Assembly (NCBI GenBank): GCA_038496445.1
Contig: JALMLS010000273.1
Coordinates: forward strand, 1-59,784
From: Trichosphaerium sp. ATCC 40318
Taxonomy: Eukaryota; Protista; Tubulinea
DNA length: 59,784 nt
Direction of reading: 5' to 3'
Of this stretch, positions 23,135 through 36,750 are shown piece by piece. Made by a program: the position numbers and the translations under genes. Numbering within the stretch: the stretch's first letter is position 1; each line of letters begins with the position of its first letter. The notes beneath the pieces are model-generated. The model saw only the letters and a program-made list of their open reading frames with translations, ran no database searches and was not told where the DNA came from.

Positions 23135-24365
23135 ATGAATAAGACAATTGGAGTACTGTTATGTCTGCTAGCTATTTGCTATGCAAACACCTACCAAACT
23201 ATCGCAACAAACACACAGAACGTATGTAGAGGTTGCGTAAAAGAATTGTACTTTGGTATCGCTCTTGACTGTGATGGCTCCGTCCCTGGCTCACTTCTAA
23301 CAACTTGCAACAGTCACGGAGGTCCAGGCGAATGTAGATTCCCACCAGATACCTCTGTGACTAAGGCAGAATGCCAACAATTATGTGACGATGATGTTCG
23401 CTGTAATTACTATATTAGCAAAGACATGTTCTGCAATTTGTATTTAACGAATATCTGCTCTTTCGTCTATTTTGGTGGGCAAGCACGCGATATCGAGATG
23501 AAAATTCCAGCCACCACGGAATCGCCTGTAGACCCTAGTGTTGGTAGCTGGGGCCGCAGTTCTATAGACGGTAAGCTCATTCAAGCAGCTGTTGGACCAG
23601 GTTTATGGGGAGTTAGTACATCAGACAAAATATATATCAGGGAATCAAACAGCTGGACACGTGTATCTGGTTATCTGAAGTACATATCAACCAGTGATGA
23701 AGCTCATGTTTGGGGCGTTAATACTGATGATAATATTTTTGAACGTACTGGTATCACTGTACGTTACTTTTTGTTTAAACTAGTTTCTTTTTCATTAGAA
23801 AAGTGTTTGTTTACTTATTTCTAGGATTGCAACAAAATGGGAACTTCATGGCGTCATGTTGCAGGAAAGTTGGTTCAGTTATCTGTTGGTTTTGATAATC
23901 GTCTTTGGGGAGTTAACGCAGCCAATACGGTCTACTACAAAGCTCCGTCAAGCGATCATTTTACACAGGTACATTGTTTGAAAACCAAAAGTACTTTTCT
24001 CATTTTTTTTCAAGGTTTCAGGCTTCAAAGCAATAGAAGTTCAAGTCGATGTTTCTGGTATTGCGTATGTTCTTGATGAATCAGGTTTTCTATCTTATAG
24101 AACAGGTGTCACTGTTAGAAACCAAATTGGTACTGGATGGCAAACAATAGCAAGAGGAGCTCCTATGAAACACTTTGCTGTGTGCTCTGGTGTTATTTAC
24201 GCTATAAGAATTGATGATGTTGTTTACAGAAAATTATCACTTCATGACAGCGACCCTTGGACTATCATGGCTGGATTGAGTTTAAAGTCAATAACTTGCG
24301 GATTTCCTAATAAGATTTGGGGTGTCAACGCCGGAGACACAATCTTCCAAATTTTTGAGCAATAA
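23135..24365 (+). CDS. Secreted tectonin (beta-propeller lectin) with an N-terminal Cys-rich PAN/apple-like domain
   Basis: Signal peptide; AECQQLCDDDVRCNYY; repeats LWGVSTSDKIY, VWGVNTDDNIF, LWGVNAANTVY and IWGVNAGDTIF. Two introns (~23759-23824, ~23969-24014). Confidence 0.82.
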
Positions 24366-25004
24366 AAATCATGTTACAGGTAATAAAAGTGTTACCCCTT
24401 TAACTCTGTCTCCATGTCCTTTTTGTTGTTGTGCCGTAATGATGAAGACAGGTACAACGTAATTTGATATGTTTAAATTGCCGTAAAGGAATAACTCTAC
24501 ACGCTTACAAGAAATTACCTTGGATAGAGAATACAATAAAATCTGGTAAGGAGCAAAGACCTTTTCATTTCTCGTGCCGAAAGTATCTGTATCTAAGAAC
24601 CAAGTGCTTAATCTATCCGTTTTGGTTATTTGCATTGAAATAGACCAACAATACTCTGTTGTGCAGGGTGTACTTTGTTGCTTGATTTTTTTTTATTTTT
24701 TTGCGAAGCTTTTTTCCCCGCCTATCGGACCTCACAAATGTCAATTCTTATAGAATTGTGAATGGTTAAATCATTTCGAGGTATTTTCAGCGGCGGTGGA
24801 GACCTTACTTTGATGAAATATATGTTTTTTGTGATCCCTGACTAGCTCTTAGTAGTCTAATATTGCTTTGAACTTCAAGTCAACGCCCGTCATGTTATAA
24901 CATTAAGGAATGGAATAAGCACGTGGAAGTATATACTGCGATTTAGCGCTAGAAATCTATCATACACATTCTATAGCGTACTCTACCTGACGAAATAACT
25001 AAAA

Positions 25005-26273
25005 ATGGACTCAAACAGCGCATTCTTTAATGAGATTCCCATTGAGGTCATTGTTCTTATCCTACAGTTTGTTCCCGTGTTATCTATGCCTTTAGTTGTA
25101 CGTACATCACTTTTATTATCCAATACCGCCAAACAGCACTTGGGATACACAAAAAGGGGAACCATTGTTCTCAAGACGAAAAAAAAGCTGAAAAAGCTTT
25201 TCAAGGAAGCTCCGTATCTGATAAAAAGAAACACAATTTCTATTCATTTCAAAATAAGAAAAAAATCAGATTTAGAGTACCTTCAAGGTGCTTATGCAAT
25301 AGAACTGCATAAGGCAGTAAACAGCAATATCGATTTCACAAACCTTAAGGTCATTGATAGTATAAACTTCACTTGTTTCAGTAGAGTGACTGATGATCAT
25401 CTTAAACAACTTGCTGGGATACATAAAATAAGATGTCGTAGATCACAAGTCACAGATGATGGGATTAAAGCATTATCTGGTATTCACACTATTGATCTAG
25501 CTTGGACAACAGTTACAGATGATGGCGTGAAAGCCTTGGCTGGTGTTCATACAATTGATTTATGTTGTTGTCGAGGTCTTAAGAATGAAGGTATCAAGGC
25601 TTTAGCTGGAGTTCACGAAATAAATTTAGAGGACACAAGCGTAGCAGATGAAGGTGTTAAAGCCCTGGCTGGTGTTCATACAATCGATCTTTCAACAACA
25701 AAAGTTACAGATGATGGTGTGAAAGCCTTGGCTGGTGTTCATACAATTTCTTTGTGTTGTTGTCAGATAACAGATGAAGGTGTTAGAGCATTAGTTGGTG
25801 TTCACAAAATAGAGTTACGTAGCTGCTCAGGTATAACTGATGAAGGTGTGAAAGTGCTAGCTGGTGTTCATACAATTGATCTTTTGAACACAAGCATTAC
25901 AGATGAAGGTGTAAAAGCCTTGGCTGGTGTTCACACCATCGATCTTTCAAGAACAAAAGTTACAGATGAAGGTTTGAAAGCCTTGGCTGGTGTTCATACA
26001 ATCAGTTTAAGCCATTGTCAATACATTACAGATGACGGCATTAAGGTTTTAGCAGGTGTTCATGGAATAAGGTTAGGGAAGTGTCCAGGTATAACAGATG
26101 AAGGTATTAAAGCTTTAGCTGGTGTTCATACAATTGATTTACGTTTTAATCAGCAAATTACAGATGAAGGTATCGCAGCTTTGGCTGGTGCTCATACAAT
26201 TGATTTACGCTTTTGTTACCAACTTAGACCAAAGAGAATCAAGGCTCTTTATGGGAGTAAATTGATTGTTTAA
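25005..26273 (+). CDS. Intronless F-box-like + LRR protein
   Basis: N-terminal FNEIPIEVIVLILQF followed by about 13 tandem 21-22-aa repeats of the form ITDEGVKALAGVHTIDL. Confidence 0.88.
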   Translation: MDSNSAFFNEIPIEVIVLILQFVPVLSMPLVVRTSLLLSNTAKQHLGYTKRGTIVLKTKKKLKKLFKEAPYLIKRNTISIHFKIRKKSDLEYLQGAYAIELHKAVNSNIDFTNLKVIDSINFTCFSRVTDDHLKQLAGIHKIRCRRSQVTDDGIKALSGIHTIDLAWTTVTDDGVKALAGVHTIDLCCCRGLKNEGIKALAGVHEINLEDTSVADEGVKALAGVHTIDLSTTKVTDDGVKALAGVHTISLCCCQITDEGVRALVGVHKIELRSCSGITDEGVKVLAGVHTIDLLNTSITDEGVKALAGVHTIDLSRTKVTDEGLKALAGVHTISLSHCQYITDDGIKVLAGVHGIRLGKCPGITDEGIKALAGVHTIDLRFNQQITDEGIAALAGAHTIDLRFCYQLRPKRIKALYGSKLIV

Positions 26274-26380
26274 AGCTACAAGCAGTTTCGGTTAACAAAT
26301 GCCAAATGTCCTGATGATGTAAAGTTGTTATTAAATTCAATGTCTGGCAAGCCTCAAGCCAAGGCAGCATCTCCAATAGG

Positions 26381-26496
26381 TGTGATAGGCTTTTCTTTTT
26401 TATTGTCACTGGCTAGTTTATAAACTACAGCGTGCTTAGGTTCATTCAACACTGCCTATAATAGGCAGTGACAATAATAAAAAAGGCCGGTGACAC
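26381..26496. repeat. Fold-back (nested inverted repeats) between convergent genes
   Basis: Outer imperfect arms GGCTTTTCTTTTTTATTGTCACTGGCTA / TAGGCAGTGACAATAATAAAAAAGGCC; inner palindromes TAGTTTATAAACTA and CACTGCCTAT-A-ATAGGCAGTG. Confidence 0.55.
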
Positions 26497-26688
26497 AGAT
26501 ATGTTGTTATTAAAGATCTAACACTGCTAGTTTGTAACATTGCTCAAACACTTTTTGTTGTTGTTTTTATTAAGTACAGGTTAACATGCCAACATAGTGA
26601 GGTGAACAAAACAAGAAAGAGAGATTTAGGAGTACATCCATTGAAAATACAACTTTGTTCTTTTTTTTTTTTGAATGTCGAAATGTTA

Positions 26689-29600
26689 TTAGTTTGAAGA
26701 GGTTGTATTATTAACAGCAACTACGCTATTTATACCATTATTTGAACTAAGTACTGGTTCTTCTGCTGAAGATAAGAATGGTTCTACATCTTCATTGTGT
26801 AATATATCATAAGCATACAAGTACTGCTCATTACCAACATCTCCACATGTGCCTATATTTTTTTGGTTAAAAAGGTAATCATTGGTGGCGTAATATGCAA
26901 GGTTCTCAAAGGTCAAATACTACAGAATACCCGATAGTTCGTAGAGTATTTTTAGTGCATAAAGAACTGCTACACGGATTTTCATATGAAGCAGGATGTT
27001 TGAGAACCTTACTAAGATTATAAAACAAATAATAAAAAATTTGGTTTTCTTCTCTTATGCTCCAAAAGTGACTTATCCTTTTTGACAAGATCAAAGTACA
27101 CATGCATTTTAAATAATAAAAAACACGAATATTGGTTTTTGGCTTTAAAGAAGTCCAAAAAGTAAGGAAATAATTTTTAACAATCTGATGAAATACAAAG
27201 ATAAAAGCAATTATTGTACCTTTTACAATCCAATTCTTGAATTCAAGCAAGTTAGGAAAGAAAGATGCAAAGCATACTAGTATAATAGCTACATCAAATA
27301 CAATATAAGCGTAGAACTCAAGTTTAGCAAGAAGAAGTCCTAGCCTGAGAGCAGTCATAACACAAACAACACACTCAATAATCAAGAAATAGACATATTT
27401 CCGTTTTTGGACACTGAAAGGGCACTTGGCAAGCGATCCGACCTAATAACAAGTTAACCAGAGAGTGTGTTTATTGTGACATTATTCATTGAAGAAACAG
27501 CGCACAGGCAACTCAAAGAAACGTTAAAAAAAAAGGCAAAAGAGAACATCATTTGTAGTTTTTACTTGTTCTCTTGTCTTACGTACCACGAATACAATAT
27601 ATACTAACATAACAAGTGATATTTGTATAACAGGGTTACCAATATCAATACCAAATAGTATACCAACAATGATACGACGTAATAACTCTGTTATAAAAAA
27701 AAGCCTAAGTCGGTTGTTAGACAAGTATTGAAGTGTAACGTTATCTAGAGTTATTACGTACCTATTGGAGAACGTATACTGCTTGTATACAATAGATGCA
27801 AGTGATCTATTACGAACTCTGAAGTCGTTAAACTCTTCTTTACCAAGACGAATCAATTTATAAGACACCCACGAATAAACAAGGATAATAGCAACCTAAC
27901 AAAGAGTTTCAGAAAAAAAAACAGTTGATGGAGTTCAATATAAGATTTGTTGGTATGAAACGTGACGTACAAGTACGAATAATAGTCCAATGAGTGTACC
28001 AAAATCAGAGTTAACAGTTTCTTTTTCATGCACTTGGCTGTAAATCTCAAAAGTAAAAAGAAAAGCCAAAGGTCCCAAAAAACCTGTTCCAAGCCTCACG
28101 AAAACAGAATGAAAAACATATACCCTACACACGGTTAGTATAAGTTCTATAAATTGCCTAATAAAGCCTAGTAATAAGTGTACGTACAAAGAGTATTTAA
28201 AGCAGTAAGAAAAGTCCTTATCGAGGTAGTTAACCATGAAGCACGCTTTGAATGAAGCAAAAATAACACTTATCCCAATAAATGTTGCTGCTATTATCAA
28301 GAACCTAACGAGGTACTAATGTTAATAAAAATACCAATCTACTTTTGATAACATAAAACATCAACAGTAACATAAAAATATCACGTGTTAAACACGTGTG
28401 ACTTACCACAAGAATGAATTTTTAAACGTAAACACATCAATAAGTATATCATTTCCAATCCTAGGTTGAGACGATTCAGCACACTCGAGGATCCTTTATG
28501 AGTTTTTTGGTGTTCCTGCTTCAGAAACAGATACTACTACGTACATGTCCAAGTTTGGCCTTAATGATGGAGCACCAAGACCACCAAAGTTGAAAATATA
28601 CCAAGTCATATCATAAGCATAGTATGAGTAGGCACGTGACATTTCAACGTTTACTACTGATGTGAATGCGATTATTTGTAAGTATTCGACAAGTAACTAA
28701 TTAATTATTAGAAACAAGCAAAAAGGTGGAACGCAATGCGAGAAAAACTGTTGAACATAGGATGGTTTTTCGAAGAAAATAAAAAAGCTCTTGTGACAAA
28801 TGATTTCGATCTGTATGTGGAAGGTAAATGGTAAATATGGTACCAGCATATTCCACATTGGCGCGCCAATAGGAGTGAAAAATATACTCAATAAGGAGGC
28901 AACAACAGGAATCGCCGCAATTGCACTAATAACAGCTGCAGCTGTACTGCTCGCTTGAAAGAAGCTACAATCTTCACCAGACCAAGAAGGCTCGCAGGAG
29001 CACACGTGTTCTTTACTCTCACAAGATCCATGATTAGAACAATTATTACGGCATTCTACGCAAGAAACAGTAAGAACAAGTGAAACAAACAAAAAAAAGA
29101 GCGTACCAAAAAATTCGAAACTAACATTAGGATGTGTACAGCCTCTACCCCTTGATACAACACAAACTTTAAACTTCTGAATAGTGTTACCCTTTGGAAC
29201 ATCACCTAGAAAAAAGGGGTCAACGCTGTGTGATAACATGTGAGTTGGATATTTACATTGAATATTTCCGTTTACTAGAACTGGCTCACTGCATTCGTAG
29301 TCAGGTAGGTCAGAGTAGTCATGTATAACTGAAGCTTGAACTGTAACCGCCAGACCAGTTTCATCTGTTGGAAAATGTTCTCCTTTAATAGTGATACGTG
29401 TAGGGGCATAAGAAACACCAGAAGAAGGAGAAACAGAAGTGACAATTGGCGCTAATTTAGATTAATAAGAACAGTTTGTGATGAAAAGAGGTGTTTGTAT
29501 CATTGTTATACCTTTGCTTACAGCAAGGGTTATAGAATTCGTCGATGGCTTCACATCAACAGCTGTATCCAGTGATTCAGAAAGAGTCACATATCTGTAT

Positions 29601-32600
29601 TCTGTAAAGTCACCAGAGGATAGATAAAACGATACAAACTATTTTGTTAACGGTTAGCTTCTAACTTTAATATCAAAAAGGATATTCCTTGCAAATCAGC
29701 GCATCAGCGCACGTGTTGTACGTTTATGATAAAAGGTAAAGAAGTAATGAAAGAGTAAATTACTGAAGGTCTCTTTAAAAAAAAAGAAAGAAGTAAACAT
29801 ACCTTGTTTGAAGTTGATAGAGGTGCTAAAGCAGTCTCATTCTTTTCAATAACAAAGTTAGCATTTCCAATAGAGTATTCTCCGCTCTTTGGTGCTGTTC
29901 CTTGTTGTATGACGTTGAGAGCACCATTGATCCAAATGGAACTCATATCCTTAAAGAGAATTAATGACGTAATTATCAGTTATATCAGTATGTACTTGTG
30001 ATACGATAGTTGGAGCAATTAAATCTCCTTTAAATTGATCCAATGAACCATAAATGGACAATGGCTGAGCGCTCTCTGTGAAGCATAATGTGAGAATTCA
30101 AAAGGTTTCGACTTATTAATTAAAAATAAACGTACTATCAGTGAACTGAGGTTTTATGTATCCTCCTTCCATATACACATTACCCACAATGGTACCTCTA
30201 CCTACAACATATATTTGAGTATGAAACAGATAAAAACAGTAAAAACTCAAAACTTTTACCTTCAATTGAACCACCCTTTAAGTATAAATCGCTTTGTAGC
30301 CTCAGTGTGCCTCCATTCAAATATAAAACGCCATTGTAGTGTTCTAACTTCTTGTATATAACCCAAGAAGATCTATTTGCGACAGTTGCGTAGCCTAAAG
30401 AAGTAAGTTAATGAGACTTCTCAACAAAGCACAAAACCAAAAAACTAACCATAGATATGAACGCTACACAACAAAGTGACTATAACGCCTTCATTTGTAG
30501 TAAAGTGTGCTCCTTCCTCAACAACAAATGTAGAGTTCGAAACATCAGTCTATATATAGTACGTCAACACATAATTCTATGCAACACTTAAAAACTAGTA
30601 ACGTACATCAAGAGTTAGCTGTGCATTACTGTTTATAAGACCATGTGCACTATAATAGGATGACTGCAATACAACATTGCCACTACCACCTGAGTGCGCA
30701 TGGTAAGTATTTTTTATCATTAACATCAAGGTAACCCATTAACGTACGCCATGTTGTTTCTTGGAATGCTGTGACACGCATATTCGTAAATATATGTTTA
30801 CTTCCAGTCAAGAACTCCATTTTGTCACAAGAAATATTTTCTGTTTTACCAACATCTGAGCTTGTAATTGTACCACCGTTAAACTCAACTATGGAAATAT
30901 TGAAAGCGCTATACAGTGTAAGCGTTCCGCCTACAAAAAGTTAGTTGTCTATGTAATTTCTTGATGACTTACTCAACATCCGAAGTGTTTGGACTTTGAT
31001 TTGTTCACCAGCACTCTTCAAAGAAACTTTGGTATCAACAATTAAAGTAGTAATATCAAGTGAACCAGATACATCCAACTCACCACCAGATATGCCTTCT
31101 AAAGTACCTAATAATGATATCCTCAAAACGAGAAAAAAAATACAACATCAAAAAATAGACTCACCTGTTCCTGTAACTGAACTAGTGTCATAAAGAGTTC
31201 CTCCCCAAAGCAATATCCCGTCATTGGTAATAGATCCGTGCCTATAAAATAAAATTATTTCCAGCATAAAGTTAAAATACGCACGATTCTCCTTTTGACA
31301 CGTGAACGGTAGATTCAGTATCAATAGTTATTTTACCACCACTTAATATTGTCATTTGTGGATCAATCTTGAGCGTTGTTTGTCTACGAATCCGATGAGA
31401 ATAAAAATAACACGTGATTTAATTCAAGTCAATATTATTATTCCTTACTTAGGTATTTTCATGACACCTTCTATTTCCAGAGTACTATCGTCTAGAAGAG
31501 TAAAATGTTAGCTCGTGATTAAATTGTTTGGAAATACCTGTTGTGTCTTGGATTATGCAATTTGTATTTATTGCCGACTGGACATCTAGTAATGATCCTG
31601 ATACCATTTTCAATGATGAAGAGCCCATATAGAAGTCATTGCACGTCTAAACAAATACGTTAAAATAGAACTTGAGTATGTGTATTATTTGTTAAGTACT
31701 TTGTATATTAGCTTTGTTTTAACTGTAAGTTTCGATTTTGATAGATGTGAAGCGACACCCTCATCTGTTATAGTAAATGTGCCTATAGCAGAGTTTTCTA
31801 GTTCAATAGTGCCTCCATTCAAATCCAAGATATCAACGGACTCTTAAATGAAAACAGTCTCAGAAATAAACTTAAAAACCAACACAACATACCAGCCTTT
31901 CCTTTGACCGTTCCTGATTCTGATAACGCAATACTATTGTATTGTCCTTGTAAGAGCTAAATATAATCTAAGGTAAAGATAATAAATAAACTTGAGAGAA
32001 TGTACCGTAGCTTGTGACGCTTTGATTTGTATCGCCGAATGCACAAGTGGAGTATTAAATTGAGCATCAGACGACCCAGAAAACAATAAAGTTCCAGTAC
32101 CAAGTCTAGTAGAATACAATGTTATAAATGACTACCTACGACCTAGAATGGACGTACAGTAATTGATCGCCCTCGAAATCATGAGAACCGGTGTTAAATT
32201 CTATGGTTGACGTGGTATCCACTAAAGTGGATAAGAAAAAAAATTATAAAAGCAAATGTAGCTCGCACCTGTCAAGTGACCTTTCCATGATGTTGATTCT
32301 GTTATTATAACTGTCTTTGTATTGCTTATTGTAGCGGTACCGTTAAATATTATAGGCACCAAAAACTGAAACGTGGAAGGGCCATTTGATTGAATCTAAA
32401 AGAATTATTCCCAGGCGTTTTTTACAAAAAAAAGCTTTTTGTAATTACTTTGCCGTTAACAACAAGCGATGATGTGTTTCCAGAAGCTTGTAAAATACCA
32501 CTTTGATAGTTTAATAGGCCCTCATCAGCAACTACGCACATGTTACAAAACCATTTCTTTAAAAAGGTGAAAGATGTGTACCAGTGAACACCGTGTTGTT

Positions 32601-33444
32601 TAATAACACTTTTCCTCCTTGAAAAAGAGCTGTTGTCAGACTAACATCAAATGAATCAAGCTCTTTTGCGTCATCAGATAAGAATGTAATAGTTCCAATG
32701 AATAAAGGTATTCTATCATTGCTGGAACTCTATGAAAATAAATCGTTAAATCAAAAGTTATGTTTTCAGTGAACAATAAGTACTTTTATTGTTCCAGATT
32801 CCATCGTCACTGTTCCCTCAATCGATGACGAAGCACCGATACCCAATACTGCTCCAGTAGATAGTTTAATACCTCCTTTAGCATTTACTGTAACGCTTCC
32901 TGTTACTGTCAAGGAGGCTTTGAGCCAGCTATTTATTTCGTAAGAAGTGCACTGCTGAAATAATTTTATTCTCATTTTTCTGAAAAGCACGACAATCTTT
33001 GAGAAAATTCAAATGTGCTATTTCGTGCGTACAGTAATGGCGCTGCGTTAGAGCCAGAAATTGTTAAGCTCGCAATTGTTACAACTGTATTATTCGGTTG
33101 AGGTTCAAGAGAAACAACTGGGTTGGCGTTTACGTTCAATATACTAGTAAAAGTTAAGAAATAGTAGCTCTTGAAGGAACTGAACGTAACGCTCTGTGTA
33201 ATTATTTACAACTGCTCTCGACGCGCGAGGGATTTAACGACAGTAAAGCTAACGTACACGTTGTCACTAGGGCCTGGTTTACCATTAGGTGTCCAATTTG
33301 CGTCATTATCCCAGTCTCCGTTGTTTACACCGCTCCAGGTTTTATCCGCAGCGTGTACGGCAGAAAAGCACAGTACGAAAAAAAATATTGACAACACTAC
33401 GGCCGGTGTAAGCTAATAACAGTTTCCGTTGACAAAATGACCAT
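26689..33444 (-). CDS. Large multi-exon surface/membrane protein: signal peptide, beta-strand-rich ectodomain, IPT/TIG, EGF, multi-pass TM domain
   Basis: VLCFSAVHA-ADKTWSGVNNGDWDNDANWTPNGKP; G/S/T-rich beta exons; PIVTSVSPSSG..ITIKGEHF (IPT); CRNNCSNHGSC...CSCEPSWSGEDC (EGF); several hydrophobic exons at 26.9-28.9 kb. Start codon and exon joins uncertain. Confidence 0.7.
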
Positions 33445-33805
33445 AATATAAAAGAAAAGTGCTCAAACAGCTTTTTACGAAAATTCGTGAGGGTTTAGAC
33501 GCCCATACCAAGGTACGAAGAGCACATTGTCATCTCATGTGTTTCCAATGACCACTGGATTTGTTTTAAAATCAAGAGAATAAGTTAGAACAGTAGTTAT
33601 GTCACACAAAGAAATCACAAGCTCTATTATCCGCTGATAAACTGAAACAAGAACAGTGGTTCGAGTACAAACCTCATTTTGCTAATTTAAACCATTCTAG
33701 GCGAAAAAATAGAACTAAGTTTGAACCGCCCAAAACGTGAATTTTGCTGGCTTTAAGTCACGCATTCGCATTCGTAAAACGTGAATTGAATTCCATAGAT
33801 ACATC

Positions 33806-36750
33806 ATGCGTTGCGTGATGTTACTTGGGTTGATGTTTGTTGGTTTGGCGCTATCTGTAGTACCAGACCACATTAAAAACGAAGAGAGCACGTACAAGCT
33901 TAGTTCTAGCAATATCTTTCGCGATAAGATTGTATACAAGTCCATTGAAGAGCGTTCCACTTTAATCCTGCACCAAGCAGCTAAATCACCTCGTTCAATG
34001 CTAGAACTAGTAGAGAGAGTGAAGGCGAACAGAAAACACGCTAACGTACGCAAATACATAAAAAGTGTTACAAACTAATTGCAATAGGCAAAAAAACCAA
34101 ACCTACGTACGAGAAAGGCGTAAAAAAAATTCACATACAATTTCTAACGAAAAAGCACCCAACCGATTTTCTCGACGAAACCATACGTTATACTTAACCA
34201 ATACTTAGCGGACAGAACGATAGGAAGCCTTCCAGATGATTACTTTCGTTTTCTTCCGGAATATGTAGGTACAGTTATCCCTGGAACTGACGGTATATCT
34301 TGGACGTCACCTTGCTTTAAGGTATGGGCTTGAATTTAACGCAACGGAAAACTTTGCTTTCGGCTGAACTGATTATTAGAAGCACACAGCTACAGCAGAA
34401 AAGACAGACAAAGGATACCAAGTGACTTTTGATACAGAAGAGAAAAATGGTTGGTTCTGGTACGTAGAAGAAAACCGCTACGCGCCACATGTTTTTGGCA
34501 AATGCCAATCTGATCGCTTTTATTGTACATTAACCTTGTTGTAGTGATGATGGATACCTTATTGCTACCACACAGTCATTCCACATCGAATACTTTGAAT
34601 TCACAGGACATTGGCATCTTAAATGGTCTGGTGATTTGCCAGAAGCATCTCAGTACGATATAGAGAAGAATGGCTTCCGTATATTCAGATTCACAGGTAC
34701 ATATCTAAAAAGGAAGTTTTCGTCAAGCACACAGTGTTTTTGTCCTAAATCTCAGTCAGATGATATCCATATGACTATTGTCGACGTTTGGGAGACACTC
34801 CAACTCTTCTTGGGTGCACTCGTCCAACATGAAGTACCTGACTGGACTGCTGAGGATAACTTGAAGTTCTTGAAAGATTACATGAACGTAAGTTTTCGTA
34901 GTCAAATCAAAACAACCAAAAACTTTGGTTTACTTGATGTCTCGCTGCATGTTTAGTTTGTGGTTTTTACATTGCATCTGTGCATGATTGGCTTATTTAT
35001 TACTTAGGTCACATTTGAAGAGCGTGAAACCGACTTGGTAATGATACCAGAAGATCAAATTCAGTCTGGTGATTTTTTTGGTGTTCTTCGCATGGATGGC
35101 TTAGATCCAATGGTACAGCGACTAAATCACGTGTATATTCAACGTAAAATATCTCTAATATTTTTTTCATAGTTAGCGTGGGGTATGGGATCTCATACTG
35201 GACATACAACTATCGCTCTACGCATGGATGGTAAACCTTTTTTTTCCTTGACGCCCAACTTTTTATTTTCCGGCTTTTTTCTTGTACACTGACCTCTTGT
35301 TAGGCGCTCTTCATGTATGTGAATCTACAACAAATAGCATGTATTGGCCTGTTAATGGGGTTCAATGCACACCTTGGGCTCAGTACGTCTCACAATGTTT
35401 CAAAATTTCCTTCAAAAACAAATTACAAAGAGAAAAACCAAAGCAGCACTTTATGCCTACACCATTTTTTTTGAGCGATTAAGTGCTTATATGGTTTATT
35501 TAGATGGATAAAACAAGCACATGCTGCTGATTATAATGTTGTACATCTACCATTATCACCACACTTTGCACAAGTATTTAACGAAACAGCTGCTATTGAC
35601 TTTTTCAAATCAGTAAACGGACTTCCTTACGGATTTCATAATATGCTTTTTGGATGGATTGATACTCCAGAGGATAACTACCCACCTCCACTTACATCTC
35701 ACTTTGCTATGATATTATTTGGGCTTGTTGATGATATAATCAAACTAAACGATACCAGTACGCTATTTTTTCTTTTTTTTTTCCTTTTTTTTCAACCTGT
35801 TGATTTTCTCGTACCTTGTTACTTTTAATTTAAATATCTTTACTGTTTTACAACCACGCGAGTGTCTATCTTATTCTAAGAAGATCAGTTATACCTCTAG
35901 GTTTTATACAAGATTTTTTTGAAGCTTTGTTTCTCCACGTTCACAGAATTAACTTTTTTTTTTCAGTTGACATCTGGGCGCAAGCATTGAACCATCGTCT
36001 TGGTACTACTGGATTATCAACACGTGAATGTTATGCTGAAGCAGGAAAACGTGGTATTCCATTCACACAGCTTGTTACTATTCCTGAGCAAGATAGTTGG
36101 AACTACAGAAGCGCAAAAGGTGTTGTAGGCCCAGCAATGGTACACGTTGTAGACACTTCGTTTTTTTTTTTTTGCTTCTTACACTCTGTCTAAAGGTATG
36201 TGACGTTTTTGTTATGCGTATGTGGAAAGCTGCTGGTATATTTGGTGATATTGCCGATGAGATACAAGTACGAAACAAGAATTTTTTCTTTGAAAAACCA
36301 TTACCCTCACACGTGCTTATTGCAACTAAAACATGGAAAAACAAGAAAACCTTTAGTGTTCTTTAAGCTTTACAACCAAACAAACTTTTTTGGTGCAAGC
36401 TGTGCCTGTTGCGGCATTTTCGAAACTTTTTTATTCTAACTTTGTGTTTTTTCTAGGCGACTGAGTTTACAAATTGGGATGCGTACAGTTTAAATATATT
36501 TGATGGTGATTATAAGAGACCTGAACAATGTGTAAAGGCAGACCCTACCTCACAATTTTGTCAAATAATGGGAAAATACAGGTGAGTTTGTTTTGCTTTG
36601 TATTTTCTTTTTGTTACTTTTCTGTAACACGTGCTGATAATTTTATGTAGATTGGCTCTTCCTGGATATAATACTGTAAAGCCTTTCCCTCACATGCGTG
36701 AAAAATGTCCTAGCTTAGCTCCAAAGTATGAAAAGCCTCCTATGTGTTAA
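33806..36750 (+). CDS. Secreted uncharacterised protein, probable permuted papain-like (NlpC/P60, YiiX-type) fold
   Basis: Signal peptide; IQSGDFFGVLRMDGLDPM|LAWGMGSHTGHTTIALR, LHVCES, GLPYGFHN, PAM|VCDVFVMRMWKAAGIFG, ATEFTNWDAY. The His-before-Cys order fits a permuted NlpC/P60. It recalls a conserved plant/protist uncharacterised family (recollection, not searched). Confidence 0.65.
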
